Part shown: positions 10,173-18,688 of the stretch, piece by piece
Layout: the number at the start of each line of letters is the position of its first letter
How positions within the stretch are numbered: the stretch's first letter is position 1
Origin: Candidatus Latescibacterota bacterium
GTDB taxonomy: Bacteria; Latescibacterota; UBA2968; GCA-2709665
NCBI GenBank assembly: GCA_965203805.1
Contig: OZ241917.1
Location: forward strand, 2,400,001-2,464,000
Reading direction: 5' to 3'
Length of the DNA stretch: 64,000 bases
Program-made: the position numbers and the translations under genes
The notes under the pieces: model-generated
Seen by the model: only the letters and a program-made list of their open reading frames with translations
What the model was told of the DNA's origin: nothing
Databases searched by the model: none

Positions 10173-11597
10173 ACTTCCTCCTTTCTTCCGCAGGACATCC
10201 TCGTAGTGAATGACGAAATCGAAAAGTGGTGCAAAGTACTGCCGTCCTTGTCGGTTTACGTGATAGGCGAATGCTTCTGCTTGGCGTAAGATGGATTGTT
10301 TACGCAGTACCGACCCAAGCACACGATCCCGTTCTAGAGAGCGGTTTTCATTTCGTTGCGCTGTGAAGTCGATCATTGAATGTGCGATGTCTTTCCAAGC
10401 TACTCCTTGTATTTCGGCTCCTCCTGGCTTTTCGATATGTTGGAATAGACGGAACAGATAGACCACATCGTCAAAGAGCCAGACCTGTGTGGGCATCTGG
10501 GTATTTCCCTTCTGTTCGGCTGAGATTAAAGCGAAGGAAAGAGGTGCATCGCTCCACACCACATCCAAAAACTCGCTATAGCCATCGTCTTCGATGGCAT
10601 CTCTTCGATTCCGGGTTAGGTGCGTGTAAACGCGGTGCATAAAAGAAAACCCTACTTCCCGGGGATGGGTGAAATATCCTCCTATCTGCGACTCAAAGTT
10701 GCGCCAAAAATTGGGTTCCCACTCAACTATGCTTCTCAGGCTGTCATAGACTTGATCCATTTTGAGCAAGTCGGGTGCGAAAGGGAGAAACATATGCAAG
10801 CGGTTGCCCGCTTGGCTGAAAAATCCGTTGACTGGAACGAACTTGCCGACATAAGCGCATCTCCAGCATACTTGGGCTACTTCGCGAGTTAAATTAAAAA
10901 AAGACTTAACACCAGAATCGCCAGTTATGAAAGGAAAAATCGTCTGGTTGACCTTTTCCATCGACGAAGAGTATTGACCACAGAGAAAACAGGGAGCAGC
11001 TTTTAGTTTTCCTCCTTTAACATTAATATTCACTTTAGGTCGCACTCTATTGGGTTCGTCCAACAGCATGCCTGCAGGAGGTCCGGCCTTGAGTTTTTGC
11101 TGTTCCAAGAATCCATCCAATCTCTCTTGCAGATGGGCATATGATTTGGGTAACAGGCCAGGCTGTTTTTTGTCGTTCCAACGGACTTGGCCACCGGCTG
11201 GTCGGGGAGCCTTGTCAAAAATGAAAGCGGCAATGCCTCGTGCTTTTCGCTTGGGAAATGTTTCAAACTGATCTTCTGTGGAATCGTAATAGAAATTCCA
11301 AGAAGATTTATCATCTCTTTGCTTCTGCGTAGAGACATCATAATAACGCTTTACTAAGCGGCCGTATGCCCTTTCCAAGACTGCCTCAACATCCTTCGCC
11401 TCACCGCCGATTTTCAGACCATCCTTTTCTAAACTTACGCAAACCGGGTATTCCTCACCGAGGTGGTCGTAAGACTCCTTATCACCGCGCTGTGGGTCGG
11501 CGTGGACATTCCCAACTATGCAGCGATATATACCCAACACCCCTGAGTCGTTCCAGAAATTGTTGATTCTGGGAAAGGATATCTGGACTTCGCTCAT
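9870..11597 (-). CDS. cas8: Cas8 large subunit (Cst1/CXXC_CXXC-type, I-B)
   Basis: N-terminal FWNDSGVLG, paired CFLC and CWRC zinc motifs; lies between cas6 and cas7. Confidence 0.85.
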   Translation of the reverse strand: MSEVQISFPRINNFWNDSGVLGIYRCIVGNVHADPQRGDKESYDHLGEEYPVCVSLEKDGLKIGGEAKDVEAVLERAYGRLVKRYYDVSTQKQRDDKSSWNFYYDSTEDQFETFPKRKARGIAAFIFDKAPRPAGGQVRWNDKKQPGLLPKSYAHLQERLDGFLEQQKLKAGPPAGMLLDEPNRVRPKVNINVKGGKLKAAPCFLCGQYSSSMEKVNQTIFPFITGDSGVKSFFNLTREVAQVCWRCAYVGKFVPVNGFFSQAGNRLHMFLPFAPDLLKMDQVYDSLRSIVEWEPNFWRNFESQIGGYFTHPREVGFSFMHRVYTHLTRNRRDAIEDDGYSEFLDVVWSDAPLSFALISAEQKGNTQMPTQVWLFDDVVYLFRLFQHIEKPGGAEIQGVAWKDIAHSMIDFTAQRNENRSLERDRVLGSVLRKQSILRQAEAFAYHVNRQGRQYFAPLFDFVIHYEDVLRKKGGSMETHAREAAVTLGRRIGSVIAKEGGKKGSLFALRKCRTVPDFLSELNRLQFKWKIAVPPATYEGQLNQTNFEEFRGFCMLAALNSFNAGTASNDKKGEKQ

Positions 11598-11600
11598 CGC

Positions 11601-12275
11601 CTACTCCTCAACTCTTTGAATGGTGCCAAATCCACGAGCACTCTGTTTGCCAACACCCCACCAGTTGGGCAATGCGAAATTGACGTTGAAAGTACCTGAG
11701 ATGCCTAGCAATTCGACGCCATTCTTTATCTCGATCTGCTGCGTACCATCTATTCGCATTGAAGAGACGATCCTTTCTTCTACCGATAAACCGATTGATT
11801 TACATAAAGACAAGATATTTCCAACTAAAATTCTACTGAGGATGTTCTCTCGCCCAGTATTGCTCTTCGTACTGATAAAGCGTTTGTAGTTGAGCTCATT
11901 GAGGGCTAGCCAAGGCGTGATGAATCGATATGCCAGACGTTTTTTCGTCGAGCCTATTGGGACTTGACCAGTCGCTCTTTTACTATCGAGAACTTCGATG
12001 CGTTCTCTATCTATATCTATGGCGTCCGGCAAATCGACAGCCTGTAACAAGAACGCTCCCTTCTCCAGTCCCATGATTCTCCCTGTACCACTTATAGTTT
12101 TGTATTGGATTAAAGGGTGCTGGTAGATCAGACCCATATTTCCGTGGTGGTGAAATTCCGCGCGATTGCGGTATAGGTTACCGAAGAAACCACGTAATTT
12201 ACGTGTTTCATTCTTTCGCAATGGTCTCATGCAGTAGAGCGTAATGGCGGTCAAATCGCATATAGTTTTGCTCAC
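11601..12275 (-). CDS. cas6: CRISPR-associated endoribonuclease Cas6
   Basis: LRGFFG, HPLIQYK, YRFITPWLALN and C-terminal G-loop GVGKQSARGFGTI; GTG start. Confidence 0.92.
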   Translation of the reverse strand: MSKTICDLTAITLYCMRPLRKNETRKLRGFFGNLYRNRAEFHHHGNMGLIYQHPLIQYKTISGTGRIMGLEKGAFLLQAVDLPDAIDIDRERIEVLDSKRATGQVPIGSTKKRLAYRFITPWLALNELNYKRFISTKSNTGRENILSRILVGNILSLCKSIGLSVEERIVSSMRIDGTQQIEIKNGVELLGISGTFNVNFALPNWWGVGKQSARGFGTIQRVEE

Positions 12276-12444
12276 AATGTATATCCTCGTTTTTGTGGAT
12301 GACAGTTACTTAACGGAAAACATGTGAATGGCGTTAAACACAGCTGCTGGCTGAATTAGCAAACCCGGAACCCGAATTGGAACCTCGAAAACATCTCGCT
12401 TCCTAAACGACATCGATTGTCTCACCATTAGGAAAAGGTGACAT

Positions 12445-12540
12445 TCTTAAATATCTGTTTTAATGGAGGTTGTAGGCTAATTTCTAGTTTGCAAGCAAAC
12501 CATATTTCAACTCTTGTTTTGATAGGGTTAAATTGCCGCT
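12445..12540 (-). CRISPR. Degenerate mini-array (repeat-like, 22-nt spacer, repeat-like) upstream of cas6
   Basis: 12504-12525 ATTTCAACTCTTGTTTTGATAG matches 17/22 of the repeat 5' part. 12445-12481 TCTTAAATATCTGTTTTAATGGAGGTTGTAGGCTAAT matches about 20/37. Both are in the same orientation as the main array. Confidence 0.6.
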
Positions 12541-12671
12541 GACGTCCACGAGGCATATGGAAAAGCGTTGCTTCTTTCTCCTGGGTTGGCTAAACTCTCT
12601 TCAGCGACCAGAATGGGCCGGTGCCAACCGACCCAGGACAATGTCCCTGGCCGCTATTTTTTGTACACCAT
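12536..12671. repeat. Repeat segment A, copy 1 (~135 bp, structured)
   Basis: Near-identical to 14805-14940 (3 substitutions seen). Confidence 0.9.
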
Positions 12672-12780
12672 ACTTCGACAAACATCCCCCACCTGCTGGT
12701 GACCAGGAACGGGGCGCGGGAGGAGTGCGTTCGGGAACTTCCTATCCACAGCTCTAGCCCTGGCGTGTTTACCCTGAACA

Positions 12781-13338
12781 TCATCCGATCCGCGCCAATG
12801 CGGTCGTCAGCGCCTCAGCGAGCATTTCGGTCTTGTACTCCCAACTCCGGCGTGCGCTTGGACTGATACACTCGATGGCCTTTACGCCAGCGCGCCTGCA
12901 AGCACCTGCTGCGACCGATCCGAGTGCGATCACCGTTCGGCCTTCGACTTCATGCCGGGTGATTCTGTCGAAGGACTCGTCGACATGCCGTCGCGGGAAC
13001 GGTGGTCCCTCCTTGTTCGGCAACAGATGAAACGCTTGCGTTACATAGATGTCCGCACGGGTGAGAATCGCGCGATCCAGGGCCAGCGTCAGCACTTTGT
13101 TGAAGGGCATACTCGGCAGCCAACCCTGCTCCTTCAGCACGTCTCGATGCACGCGGACCGACGGTGCGTCGAGCCAATAGTGGGCCACAAGCACCGGACC
13201 CGTCTCGGAGTTCGACACCATCTCGCAGGGTGTAACCCACTCGCCGTCGAACCCGACATCAGAGAGCGTCTTGTACTTGTGCTTGTATCCTGAAATTACG
13301 AACTCTCGGCGGCGGGCGATAATTTCCGATCTCTTCAT
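12781..13338 (-). CDS. Uracil-DNA glycosylase superfamily protein (divergent)
   Basis: DIYVTQAFH, VIALGSVA and SPSAR resemble UDG-like motifs (YxTNA, VIALG, HPSxR). Confidence 0.6.
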   Translation of the reverse strand: MKRSEIIARRREFVISGYKHKYKTLSDVGFDGEWVTPCEMVSNSETGPVLVAHYWLDAPSVRVHRDVLKEQGWLPSMPFNKVLTLALDRAILTRADIYVTQAFHLLPNKEGPPFPRRHVDESFDRITRHEVEGRTVIALGSVAAGACRRAGVKAIECISPSARRSWEYKTEMLAEALTTALARIG

Positions 13339-13419
13339 TCTATCCTCTTGATTGAGTCATGTGAACCTGAAGGCCTGAACGCGAAAACGGGCCGGGTGGA
13401 ACCGCCGGTATTGCGGCGG

Positions 13420-14052
13420 CTAACGTCGCGACGGATTGGTTTTCTCAACAGCATTCCTGGCGGCGTGGCTGGCCTCACCGACGGCATCCCTAACCGCGCG
13501 TCTGGCTGCCCTTTCGGCTTCGTAGGCGGCTTCCCGTGTCTTGCTGGCGTCGTCATACGTTTTCAGGGTGGCCCGATAGTTCTCCCAGGCTGCGATGTTT
13601 CTCTCCCGGCCCGTTTCGTATATCGCTCTGGCAGCCTTCGCGGCGGCATTTCTGGCGGCGATTTCCGCCTCGAATGCGGCATCGTATTTCATCCTGGCAG
13701 CTTTGAATATCTGCAGGGCGAACTCATAGTTCTCCCCGGCCGCCGCAACACGCCGCTCCCGATCGGCTTCGTAAATCAGGCGAGCGTCCCTATAAATCAC
13801 CCAGGCGTTTCCGTATACCTCCCTGGCGTCACTTCGGACCCGGCGCCGGGAGAAAGGCGACCTCCGTTTTTCAAACAACGTCGCATTTCCGCCTCTGTTG
13901 GCAGCAAGGTGTTCATACAGGGCGACAGTCCATGCGATTTCCCAGGCGTCGCGTTCGGCTCCTGCCGCTTCCGGCGCTTCGTTTTCGAATGGGGTCGCGT
14001 TGATTGCAAGCATGGTGACGGCTAACACGACGTATCGGGCTGTGCGCATCAT
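13420..14052 (-). CDS. Hypothetical secreted Ala-rich helical repeat protein
   Basis: GGAG RBS before MMRTARYVVLAVTMLAINA (signal-like); internal ~50-aa duplication (ARLIYEADRERRVAAAGENY / ARAIYETGRERNIAAWENY). Confidence 0.6.
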   Translation of the reverse strand: MMRTARYVVLAVTMLAINATPFENEAPEAAGAERDAWEIAWTVALYEHLAANRGGNATLFEKRRSPFSRRRVRSDAREVYGNAWVIYRDARLIYEADRERRVAAAGENYEFALQIFKAARMKYDAAFEAEIAARNAAAKAARAIYETGRERNIAAWENYRATLKTYDDASKTREAAYEAERAARRAVRDAVGEASHAARNAVEKTNPSRR

Positions 14053-14379
14053 GTTCTTTTCTCCTGGCTGTCGTCTTGTGGCGTGTTTTCCGGACAAGAG
14101 TTGCACCCGGTGCGATTTTTGGGCACGGGTAATGCTCAGGTACGGAACCCACATCGACGGTAGATAAAATCGAGTGCGTATGTGCTGCTCGGGAAGTAGT
14201 CTGGAATTGTGACTTCAACAAAAGCTGATTTATCTTCAGTCCGAGTTCGCCGTCCACGTGTTGAGAAGCCCGTTGCGATATAGCAGCGGCGATAAACCTC
14301 CACTGTTTACTGATCCTGGTAGTACATCGCGCCCATCGGGCCTATCCTCTCGTATGGGTTCCGTCGCCCCCATGTGCAT

Positions 14380-14408
14380 ATTATAGTGAAACTTTGTGCA
14401 GCATGCAA
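14380..14408 (-). promoter_or_regulatory. Sigma70-type promoter (segment C, copy 1)
   Basis: TTGCAT-17 nt-TATAAT on the minus strand. Confidence 0.65.
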
Positions 14409-14804
14409 GGGATTGTCGCGCTACGTTGGTCAAGGTACAGCCATCAGCAGTTGGCTTGAAAAAAGTGAAATCCACTAAGCCCACATGCCGACGGAAATCC
14501 GAAGTGAAACCGGATAATGACATAGACGTCGAGGGCAGGCGCCCTCGTTCCCAGGTGTCGCAAGATTCGACAGTTGGAGAATGGCGCGCGTGCGAAATGT
14601 CGCAAAATGCGACAACGGTGTCATAGCACGGCCGCTCGCATCGACCGTTTCTCGAGCCGGCGTCGGTCCCGCCATACACGCTTCCCGCCGCGAACATGCC
14701 GGTCGCGACCTCACGCCTGAGGTCTTCCGGCGCGAGGACTCGGCATTGCCCTATCTGCCGATCCACGGTTTCATTTCCAGCGAGTGCTTCACGCTGAGCC
14801 GCAT

Positions 14805-15168
14805 CCGCTGACGTCCACGAGGCATATGGAAAAGCGTTGCTTTTTTCTCCCGGGTTGGCTAAACTCTCTTCAGCGACCAGAATGGGCCGGTGCCAACCGA
14901 CCCGGGACAATGTCCCTGGCCGCTATTTTTTGTACACCATGCTTCCACGAATTTTCCTTTCCTACGGGCGACCGGCACCGGACCGGTCTCGGAGTTCGAC
15001 ACCATCTCGCAGGGTGTAACCCACTCGCCGTCGAACCCGACATCAGAGAGCGTCTTGTACTTGTGCTCGTATCCTCGCGCCCATCAGGCCTATCCTCTCG
15101 GATGGGTTCCATCGCCCCTATACGCACATTATAGTGAAACTTTGTGCAGCATGCAAGGGACTGCCGCA
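14805..15168. repeat. Mosaic duplicate made of segments A, B (fragment of the UDG-like gene) and C
   Basis: 14805-14940 matches 12536-12671; 14975-15075 matches 13191-13291; 15075-15168 matches 14327-14419. Confidence 0.9.
15128..15156 (-). promoter_or_regulatory. Sigma70-type promoter (segment C, copy 2)
   Basis: Identical TTGCAT-17 nt-TATAAT on the minus strand. Confidence 0.6.
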
Positions 15169-15457
15169 CTTTGAGACGGGAACGAGTGGCCGCTGATCAG
15201 TGGTCAGAAAGGACCCAATCCGTTGGCAACAGTGCGACAATGTTGCGAGCTTCTCAAGGGCGGACGCCGCCTGCGGATTGTGTTCGTCGCTGTGCGCGGA
15301 GAGAAGGCGCGCGGCCTGACACGGGAGGTGAGTGAGCGCAACCGTGCCGCCTGTTCGGATCGGGACACGTATAAATCATGCGCGTGTGAATCGATGCCGC
15401 AGCAGATCCTTCGTCAGCCTGCCTGCCGATGATTCTCCGGCAGGCAAGGCGGCTTCC

Positions 15458-15673
15458 TCAGGATGACAGCGGGGATGGAGCGTAATTCAGGACGGATTTA
15501 CCGTCAGCACGTACGTATTCGCGGCTGCCTCTCGGAGTAAGCCCGATCGCATCGAGATACGCCCGTGGCACAAGCGAATCGTACGCACCGGTATCGACGA
15601 GGAATTTCCCTGTCCAGCTGCGACCCGGATCCGCGGGATTGCGAATGGTGACGTCAACGTACGTCGCGCCCAT
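15458..15673 (-). pseudogene. Truncated clan AA aspartic protease (retropepsin-like)
   Basis: MGATYVDVTIRNP...FLVDTGA motif; only 71 aa and the C-terminal LLG motif region is missing. Confidence 0.7.
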
Positions 15674-15737
15674 TGGCCGTTCTCCGTGTTCGTTGGTTAA
15701 CCGGATGTCGCAAATTGCAACAGCGGCGCGAGTTGCG

Positions 15738-16055
15738 TCAGTCGATCCGGACCGCGGTGCCGCTGACCGAGACCATCAGCATGCTGCCTTCACCGACGAC
15801 TTCGTAGTCCAGGTCGATGCCGACAACGGCGTTGGCGCCCTCCTGGCGGGCGGCTTCCTGCATTTCACTGAACGCGATCTCGCGGGCCTGCTTCAGTTCC
15901 TTCTCGTACGCCGCGGAACGCCCGCCCACGATGTCGCGAATGCCGGCGAAGAAATCCTTGAAGATGTTGGCGCCGAGAATCGCCTCGCCGGTGACGATGC
16001 CTTTGTACTCACGAATCGTCTTGCCTTCAATTCCGGGTGTGGTGGTCACAATCAT
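15738..16055 (-). CDS. ybjQ: YbjQ/UPF0145 family heavy-metal-binding domain protein
   Basis: [11 protein letters not shown]...[11 protein letters not shown]...GANAVVG...SGTAV. Confidence 0.93.
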   Translation of the reverse strand: MIVTTTPGIEGKTIREYKGIVTGEAILGANIFKDFFAGIRDIVGGRSAAYEKELKQAREIAFSEMQEAARQEGANAVVGIDLDYEVVGEGSMLMVSVSGTAVRID

Positions 16056-16140
16056 CAGTAAGCCTCCCTCAGATTCAATGGACGGTTGACGGTCGGCGTC
16101 CGTTCGGCCGACCGACGGCCCGGACCCGCCCGCGCATGGT

Positions 16141-17004
16141 CTATTTGTAGCTGTTGTAGACGATCGCCAGCCAGCGGTCGGTGCTCATCCAGCCCTGGCC
16201 CCACGAACGCCACTTCTCCGGCACCCCGGCGGCCTGGATTTCCTCGAGGGTCCTGCCGGCGGCGATGGCTTCCTTCACGAGGGCTGCGCACGTTTCCAGC
16301 ATCTCAAGCGCCGTTCTCAGATCGTCAGGACCCGCGAGCGGGCCGTGGCCGGGGATTATACGCGCATCCGGAGGGATCTGTTTCAGAAGAGACCGGACCG
16401 CCTCGATATAGCCTCCGACGTTTCCGCCGCCCCGGAGGTCCACGTAAGGAAAACTGCCGTTGAAAAAAAGGTCGCCGGCGTGGACGACGTTCGATCCGGT
16501 AAAGAACACAACGCCGTCGCCGTCGGTGTGGGCCTTCGGAAAATGCACGACGCGCAGTTCCTCGCCGTTGAAGTGAATCGACAGACCTTCGTCGAAGGTG
16601 ATTTCCGGCAGGGCGGCTTCAGGCAGCGGCCTGTCGTCGACACGCCTGGCTGCAAGGCGGTTTCGCACGTTCCGGTGAGCGACGATGACGCCCTTCTCTC
16701 CGAAATGAGCATTCCCGCCGGTGTGGTCGCCATGGTAGTGCGTATTCAAGACGAAAGTGGGATCGCCGCCCCCCAATTCGCCGATAGCGGCGCGGATCTT
16801 GCCGGCCAGCGGCGCGAACTGATCGTCGACGATCAGGACGCCGTCCGCGCCCACGGACACGCCGATGTTTCCGCCGCTCCCCTCAAGCATGTAGACGCGG
16901 TCGGCGAGCCGGGTGGCCCTGATCTCGACCGCGGAAAAATCCCTCTGCGCGAATGCCGTGCCGGATACGGCCAGCGACAAAGCAATGGTCATCCATCCGG
17001 TCAT
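16141..17004 (-). CDS. MBL-fold metallo-hydrolase (cyclase-like, secreted)
   Basis: [21 protein letters not shown] and IPGHG motifs; signal peptide. Confidence 0.92.
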   Translation of the reverse strand: MTGWMTIALSLAVSGTAFAQRDFSAVEIRATRLADRVYMLEGSGGNIGVSVGADGVLIVDDQFAPLAGKIRAAIGELGGGDPTFVLNTHYHGDHTGGNAHFGEKGVIVAHRNVRNRLAARRVDDRPLPEAALPEITFDEGLSIHFNGEELRVVHFPKAHTDGDGVVFFTGSNVVHAGDLFFNGSFPYVDLRGGGNVGGYIEAVRSLLKQIPPDARIIPGHGPLAGPDDLRTALEMLETCAALVKEAIAAGRTLEEIQAAGVPEKWRSWGQGWMSTDRWLAIVYNSYK

Positions 17005-17043
17005 TGTGAAAACCCTCCTAAAGGCGGGGAGACGTTAAATTGG

Positions 17044-17076
17044 AAAAGGCCCGGGAGCCGACCTCCCGGGCCTTTT
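17044..17076. terminator. Bidirectional intrinsic terminator
   Basis: AAAAGGCCCGGGAG-ccgac-CTCCCGGGCCTTTT perfect hairpin with A and T tails. Confidence 0.85.
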
Positions 17077-17095
17077 CATTGTCTCGCGAACCGCG

Positions 17096-17824
17096 CTATG
17101 CCGTTCGTCCGTCGATGGTGCCCACCTCGATCTTCAATTCTTCCCGCTTGACGACACGGTCGACGCGCCCGTCGCGCACCCATACCACCCGATCGGAAAC
17201 GCTCAGCATCTTGTGGTCGTGCGTCGCTGACACGACGGTGACGCCGGACTCCTTGTTCATCTCCCGCAGCAGTTCGATAATCTCCGTACCGGTGCGCAGA
17301 TCCAGGTTTCCGGTGGGTTCGTCGGCGAGAATCAGGGCCGGATCGTTTGCGAACGCCCGGGCAACCGCCACGCGCTGCTGCTGCCCGCCGGAAAGCTCGA
17401 ACGGCTTATGCGACACCCGGTCGCCCAATCCCACCTTTTTCAGCAGTTCGACCCCCTTGTCCCTGGCCTCGTCGCTGGTCAGCCCGGCAAATACCATGGG
17501 AAGCGTCACGTTTTCCAGCGCCGTCATCACCGGAATCAGATTGAACGTCTGGAAAATATACCCGATCTTCCGGCAACGCAGCCACGCCAGTTCATAGGCA
17601 TCGAGCTGCGCAACGTCCACGTCGTCGATGTACACCTTCCCGTCGCTGGGTTTGTCCAGCCCGCCGACCATGTTGAACAGGGTGGTCTTTCCGGAGCCCG
17701 AAGGTCCCATAATGGAGATGTACTCACCCTGTTCAATCTCGATATCCACTCCCTTGAGCGCGGACACCCGCACGTCGCCCATCTCATAGACCTTCTTCAC
17801 ATCCTGTGTTCTTACGACGGCCAT
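17096..17824 (-). CDS. ABC transporter ATP-binding protein (LolD/MacB-like)
   Basis: GPSGSGKT, LSGGQQQRVAVARA and ILADEPTGNLD motifs. Confidence 0.95.
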   Translation of the reverse strand: MAVVRTQDVKKVYEMGDVRVSALKGVDIEIEQGEYISIMGPSGSGKTTLFNMVGGLDKPSDGKVYIDDVDVAQLDAYELAWLRCRKIGYIFQTFNLIPVMTALENVTLPMVFAGLTSDEARDKGVELLKKVGLGDRVSHKPFELSGGQQQRVAVARAFANDPALILADEPTGNLDLRTGTEIIELLREMNKESGVTVVSATHDHKMLSVSDRVVWVRDGRVDRVVKREELKIEVGTIDGRTA

Positions 17825-17885
17825 CGTCGCCCTCCAGACAAGCAAGTGAAATTCGGTTGGGGAGTCCTCGCGACAGCACGGGCTG

Positions 17886-18575
17886 CTATACTTCCAGCCG
17901 CATTGCGTCGACCGGCTCCATCTTGGCGGCGCGATAGGCGGGAAGGATTCCGCCCATCAGGGAAAGAAAGGAACCGAGGACGACTGCCATCAACCCGCGC
18001 TCCAGAATGCCGGGCCACGGCACGTAATCGATAACGGCCGTGCCATATCCGATCCAGGACATGAGAATGGACAGCAGAAAGCCCACGCCAGCGCCAAGCA
18101 CCGTGCCGGCCATTCCCATAAAGGCGGATTCGAGGATAAACAGTTTGACAATGAACCCGTCCAGAGCTCCCATGCACTTCATGGTGCCGATTTCCCGGAA
18201 GCGCTCGGTAACGGACATCAGCATCGCGTTTGTGATCCCCACCAGACAGACCAGCAGAGAAAGTACGACGAGCCATGTGTTCTTGGCCTCCTCCTGCCGG
18301 TTGGCTTCGCTCTCCTGACTGATGTCGATCCCCTTCTGCTGCAGAATCAGGTTCATCTTCGGGTCGTTGGCGTCTCGAAGGCTGTTCACAATTGAACTGG
18401 TTGTCCATATGGACATCAGAAAGGCGATGGCCAGAATGATGCTGCTCACCGTAATCAAAGACCGTCCGAACCGGATCTTGACGCTGTTGAAGCTGATCTC
18501 AACGGCCTTTCTGACCGGCAGCTTGACCTGCGTGCCAATCTCCCGGCGGGCAGGCGAGGAATAACTTTGCGCCAT
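17886..18575 (-). CDS. FtsX-like ABC permease
   Basis: ITNAMLMSVTERFREIGTMKCMGA and PAYRAAKMEPVDAMR motifs. Confidence 0.92.
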   Translation of the reverse strand: MAQSYSSPARREIGTQVKLPVRKAVEISFNSVKIRFGRSLITVSSIILAIAFLMSIWTTSSIVNSLRDANDPKMNLILQQKGIDISQESEANRQEEAKNTWLVVLSLLVCLVGITNAMLMSVTERFREIGTMKCMGALDGFIVKLFILESAFMGMAGTVLGAGVGFLLSILMSWIGYGTAVIDYVPWPGILERGLMAVVLGSFLSLMGGILPAYRAAKMEPVDAMRLEV

Positions 18576-18688
18576 AGACTCCTCCCACAAGCGGATCTGC
18601 GATGCAGCCGACGCGACGGTCCCGAATTTCTACGCGATGACAGATTCTCTCGAGATTCTCATATGAGCGGTCGCTGCCGGCGCCTGCG

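Noticed and set aside
12308-12428. ~40-codon minus-strand ORF (MVRQSMSFRK...) upstream of cas6
   Set aside because: No RBS or recognisable homology; cannot be supported as a gene.
12482-12503. Mini-array spacer targeting the segment C promoter or the mini-ORF start
   Set aside because: Only scattered matches with several seed mismatches.
14236-14910. 224-aa minus-strand ORF
   Set aside because: It runs across repeat segments A and C and a promoter, with no protein-like motifs; probably spurious.
12536-15168. DGR template/variable repeat pair
   Set aside because: Substitutions between copies are not adenine-specific on either strand, and no reverse transcriptase is in the window.
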